The notes below the pieces were generated by a model. The model did no database searches. It was not told where the DNA came from and worked only from the letters and a program-made list of their open reading frames with translations. The position numbers and the translations under genes were made by a program. From Phycisphaera mikurensis NBRC 102666 (lineage in GTDB: Bacteria > Planctomycetota > Phycisphaerae > Phycisphaerales > Phycisphaeraceae), in the NCBI RefSeq assembly GCF_000284115.1, contig NC_017080.1, forward strand, positions 930,001-962,000: a stretch of DNA of 32,000 nucleotides, written 5' to 3'. This document shows positions 28,875 through 32,000 of this stretch, piece by piece; within the stretch, counting starts at the first letter, position 1; each line of letters opens with the position of its first letter.

Positions 28875-28975
28875 GGAAGCAAGGGGTCAAGGAAGCAAGG
28901 GGTCAAGGAAGGGGAAGCAAGGGGTCAGGAAGCAAGGCGGAAGCAAGGGCGGAAGCAAGGGGTCAAGCCCCTTGC
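28875..28975 (+). repeat. Tandem REP-arm tract ending in a perfect hairpin at 28955-28975
   Basis: (GGAAGCAAGGGGTCA)n-like units, then GCAAGGGG-TCAAG-CCCCTTGC. Confidence 0.9.
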
Positions 28976-29045
28976 AAGGGTGCTATGATGCTGTCGCTGC
29001 GTCGCCTCCCGCTCCCCCGCTCTCTCGCACCCTCAACCGCTCCCC

Positions 29046-30131
29046 ATGGCCCGCTCTCTCCGCCACCAGATCCTGCCTGACGCCACCTGCGTCGTCCATG
29101 TTGTGTCGAAGATCTCGCGGTCGCTTCACTTGCTGGTGCCCGATGAGGATCGTGCCGGCGCCGGTGCCGTTGGCGACGCGGCCGAGCACCCCGACCTCCG
29201 CAAGGAGCTGCTGATGCAGCGGATGCAGACCCTGGCGGAGCAGACCTCGATCTCGGTATGCGGGTTCGCGGTGATGGACAACCACGTCCACCTGATCCTG
29301 CGGCGGGACAAGGAGGAGGCCGCGGCGTGGCCGGCGGCGGAGGTGGTGGGGCGGTGGCTTGCGTTGCACCCCAAGCGGAATCGGGCGCGGCAGCCGGTGG
29401 AGACGCCGGAGGAGGATGTGGCGGCGATGGTGGCGGACGCGGGCCTGGTGGAGGCGCTGCGTGGGAAGCTCTCGAGCGTCTCGCAGTTTATGAAAGACCT
29501 CAAGCAGCGGACGGCCGAGGCGGTGAACAAGCTGGAAGGCCGCGGCGGGCGGCTCTGGGACGGGACGTTCAAGAGCAAGCTGATCGAGGACCAGGAGCAG
29601 CTGGTGGCGACGATGGTGTACGTGGACCTCAACCCCTTCGCGGCGGGGGTGTGCGAGACGCCCGAAGAGGGCCGCCACACCTCGCTGGCGGGGCGGCTGG
29701 GGCGGGACGAGCCGGCGGGGGAGGTGAGCAAGCCCGCAGGATCCGCGGACCGCGACCGGGAGGAGGCCTCGGAGGCCGGCGGTCCGCGGGTTGGTCTGCG
29801 GTTGCCACGGCGGAGGTCCAGCGGGGCCTGGCTGCGGCCGCTGGACGAGTCGGCCCAGCGGGCGCGGAAGCGTGGGCAACGGCGGCACCCGCGAGGGCGG
29901 GCGGGGCTGAAAGCGGAGGCCGCGGGAACGGTGAGCCCGGGGCTGTCGCTGCAGATCTACCTGCGGATCCTCGACGCGGTCAGCCGCAAGCTGCGGGCGG
30001 GCAAGAAACGCCTTGCGGCGGGCATGGCAAGCGTCTTCGAGCGGCTGAACCTGGACGCCGACGCGGTGGTCGGGCGGGTGCTGGCGATGGCGCAGCGGGA
30101 CGGGCTGGCGGTGGCGGGCCGGGGCAGCTGA
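29046..30131 (+). mobile_element. Y1/RAYT-like transposase gene, copy 2
   Basis: Near-identical to copy 1 (HVHLIL, SVSQFMKDLKQR, MVYVDLNPFAAG); two residues shorter at the GAGA repeat. Confidence 0.85.
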
Positions 30132-30251
30132 ACCCGCAAGCGGCAGCGGCGGTCCCGCTGATCTACGACCGATCGCATCGCTGCCGGACCATCAAGCGTC
30201 ACCCGGAGCCCGATTCAGCGTTGGCGGAGAAGGTGGCAGCCACCAAGGGAA

Positions 30252-30272
30252 GCAAGGGGTCAAGCCCCTTGC
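30252..30272 (+). repeat. REP-like perfect hairpin
   Basis: GCAAGGGGTCAAGCCCCTTGC followed by AGAGGTGCTATAATGCCGTCGCCGAGT, the same flank as upstream of transposase copy 1. Confidence 0.9.
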
Positions 30273-30304
30273 AGAGGTGCTATAATGCCGTCGCCGAGTA
30301 GGAA

Positions 30305-30325
30305 GCAAGGGGTCAAGCCCCTTGC
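30305..30325 (+). repeat. REP-like perfect hairpin at the ruvX-like fragment boundary
   Basis: GCAAGGGGTCAAGCCCCTTGC; supplies the in-frame stop of the fragment. Confidence 0.9.
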
Positions 30326-30471
30326 AGAGGCCCGCGGGCCAGCCGCCGCCACCGCTCCGGACCCGGCGACGCGGCAGGTGCCGGCGGCGGGGAGGTGGTC
30401 CCGGGCGCGTCGTTGCCGAGCGCAAGGCCGTTCCGCCGGCCGCCGAGGTCGATCGCGAGGCAACGCGGCAC
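30313..30471 (-). pseudogene. Diverged ruvX N-terminal fragment, copy 3, interrupted by the REP hairpin
   Basis: (V)PRCLAIDLGGRRNGLALGNDAPGTTSPPPAPAASPGPERWRRLARGPLQGA* parallels intact VPRFLAIDLGNKRTGLALGDDATGIASPLPAVVAPPGPERWTRLAR. Confidence 0.8.
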
Positions 30472-30564
30472 GCGTGCGGGCGGAACGGGGCCGCCCGGGG
30501 ATCCTCTAGACTCCCGCAACCCGGGCCGGGCCGAGCCGGGCGCTGCCACCCCCACCGATCTTTT

Positions 30565-31845
30565 ATGCCTGAGAACTCCCCGCCGACCGCTCGCCTCGAC
30601 CTGCCCGAAGGGCCCATCGACCTGCCGATCGTTGTTGGCACCGCCGACGAGAAGTCGGTCGACATCTCGAAGCTCCGGGCCCAAACCGGCTACATCACGC
30701 TCGACGAGGGGTACCGCAACACGGGCAGCGTCAAGAGCGACATCACCTTCATCGACGGCGAGAAGGGCATCCTCCGCTACCGCGGCTATCCCATCGAGGA
30801 GGTGTGCGAGAACAGCTCCTTCATTGAGACGGCGCTGCTGCTGATCCACGGCGAGAAGCCGAGCAAGGAGTCGCTCTCGAGGTTCAGCGAGCGGCTGACG
30901 CACCACCAGATGATCCACGAGTCGGTGCGGCAGATGTTCGACGGCTTCCCGCCGACGGCGCACCCGATGGCGGTGCTCTCGTCGATGATCAACACGATCT
31001 CCTGCTTCCAACCGGCGATCATGAACATCGACGACGAGGAGGAGTTCGACGACACCGCGGCGATGCTGATCAGCAAGGTGCGGACGGTCGCGGCGGCCGC
31101 TTACAAGACCCAGATGGGGCATCCCATCATGTACCCGGATCCGAAGCTCACGTACTGCGAGAACTTCCTCCACATGATGTTCTCGCTCCCGCTGGGGCGG
31201 ATCGAGCCCGATCCGGACGTCGTGGAGGCGCTCAACCTCATCTTCATCCTGCACGCGGACCACGAACAGAACTGCTCGACGGCGACGGTGCGGATGGTCG
31301 GCTCCTCGGGGGCGAACCTCTTCGCCAGCTGCGCCGCCGGCGTCTGTGCCCTCTGGGGCCCGCTGCACGGCGGCGCGAACGTCGCGGTCATGAACCAGCT
31401 CGAGGAGATCCACAACAGCGACATCACGACGCGGAAGTACATCGACAACCTGAAGGCGACCAAGGGCAAGCTCTTCGGCTTCGGCCACGGCGTCTACAAG
31501 AGCTACGACCCGCGTGCGATGGTCCTCAAGAAGTCCGCCGACAAGGTGCTCGCGAAGCTCGGGGTCGACGATCCGCTGCTCGCGATCGCTCGCGAGCTGG
31601 AGGAGACGGCGCTCAACGACGAGTACTTCGTCAGCCGGAACCTCTATCCCAACGTCGACTTCTATTCCGGGATCCTCATGCGGGCGATGGGCATCCCCAC
31701 GAACATGTTCACGGTGATGTTCGCGATCGGCCGCATGCCCGGCTGGATCGCTCAGTGGTGGGAGGTCAACCAGCAGAAAAGCCGGATCTACCGGCCGCGG
31801 CAGGTCTACACCGGCGCCCGGGAGCGAGCCTGGAACGCCGGCTGA
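30565..31845 (+). CDS. gltA: Citrate synthase
   Basis: LRYRGYPIEEV, NLIFILHADHEQNCSTATVR, GANVAVMNQLEEI, FGFGHGVYKSYDPRA, RPRQVYTG. Confidence 0.97.
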   Translation: MPENSPPTARLDLPEGPIDLPIVVGTADEKSVDISKLRAQTGYITLDEGYRNTGSVKSDITFIDGEKGILRYRGYPIEEVCENSSFIETALLLIHGEKPSKESLSRFSERLTHHQMIHESVRQMFDGFPPTAHPMAVLSSMINTISCFQPAIMNIDDEEEFDDTAAMLISKVRTVAAAAYKTQMGHPIMYPDPKLTYCENFLHMMFSLPLGRIEPDPDVVEALNLIFILHADHEQNCSTATVRMVGSSGANLFASCAAGVCALWGPLHGGANVAVMNQLEEIHNSDITTRKYIDNLKATKGKLFGFGHGVYKSYDPRAMVLKKSADKVLAKLGVDDPLLAIARELEETALNDEYFVSRNLYPNVDFYSGILMRAMGIPTNMFTVMFAIGRMPGWIAQWWEVNQQKSRIYRPRQVYTGARERAWNAG

Positions 31846-32000
31846 GGCGGAGCCCAAACGCCGCAGAGCAGCCGGGCGGGGCTCCGGGATGCCGAGGCCG
31901 GCCGGGTGACCCGCGTGCGACCCCCCCGTGCCCCCGCGCCCTAAGCGGGTGGCAACGGTGGATCCGGGGGCCGGCGACACGCCCCCGTCCGACGCCCGCC

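Noticed and set aside
30268-30286. TATAAT after the REP hairpin as a sigma70 promoter
   Set aside because: The only -35-like hexamer (TTGCAG) is far too close (6-nt spacer), and the other copies of the flank read CTATGG/CTATGA. More likely part of the repeat unit.

Overview
High-GC bacterial window, probably Planctomycetota/Phycisphaerae-like (inferred from gene content and protein style, not confirmed). Roughly 1-21.1 kb and 30.5-32 kb carry ordinary chromosomal genes: an NfeD-family protein (5' truncated), valS, a cryptochrome/photolyase-related protein, a small HNH protein, an MFS transporter, lpdA, atpC, mrdA-rodA, a fasciclin protein, a DUF892-like protein, der, an ABC ATPase, intact ruvX, and gltA. 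Between about 21.1 and 30.5 kb is an unusual accessory locus. A module [5' end of ruvX - short RHS gene - AT-richer C-terminal tip - small downstream ORF - REP-like hairpin tract - Y1/RAYT-like transposase gene] occurs twice in direct orientation. The two RHS cores are near-identical, but they differ at two places: an internal dockerin/EF-hand-like segment and the C-terminal tip. The transposase copies are near-identical and keep an HxH motif, but show no tyrosine where the Y1 nucleophile is expected. A 21-nt hairpin (GCAAGGGGTCAAGCCCCTTGC) recurs at gene truncation points, including two ruvX 5' fragments. Separately, a dispersed 46-bp dyad (CCGCGGACCG...CGGTCCGCGG) occurs five times at exactly the same length, plus two 47-bp versions inside the transposase genes. 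All coordinates and comparisons were made by eye from the sequence.
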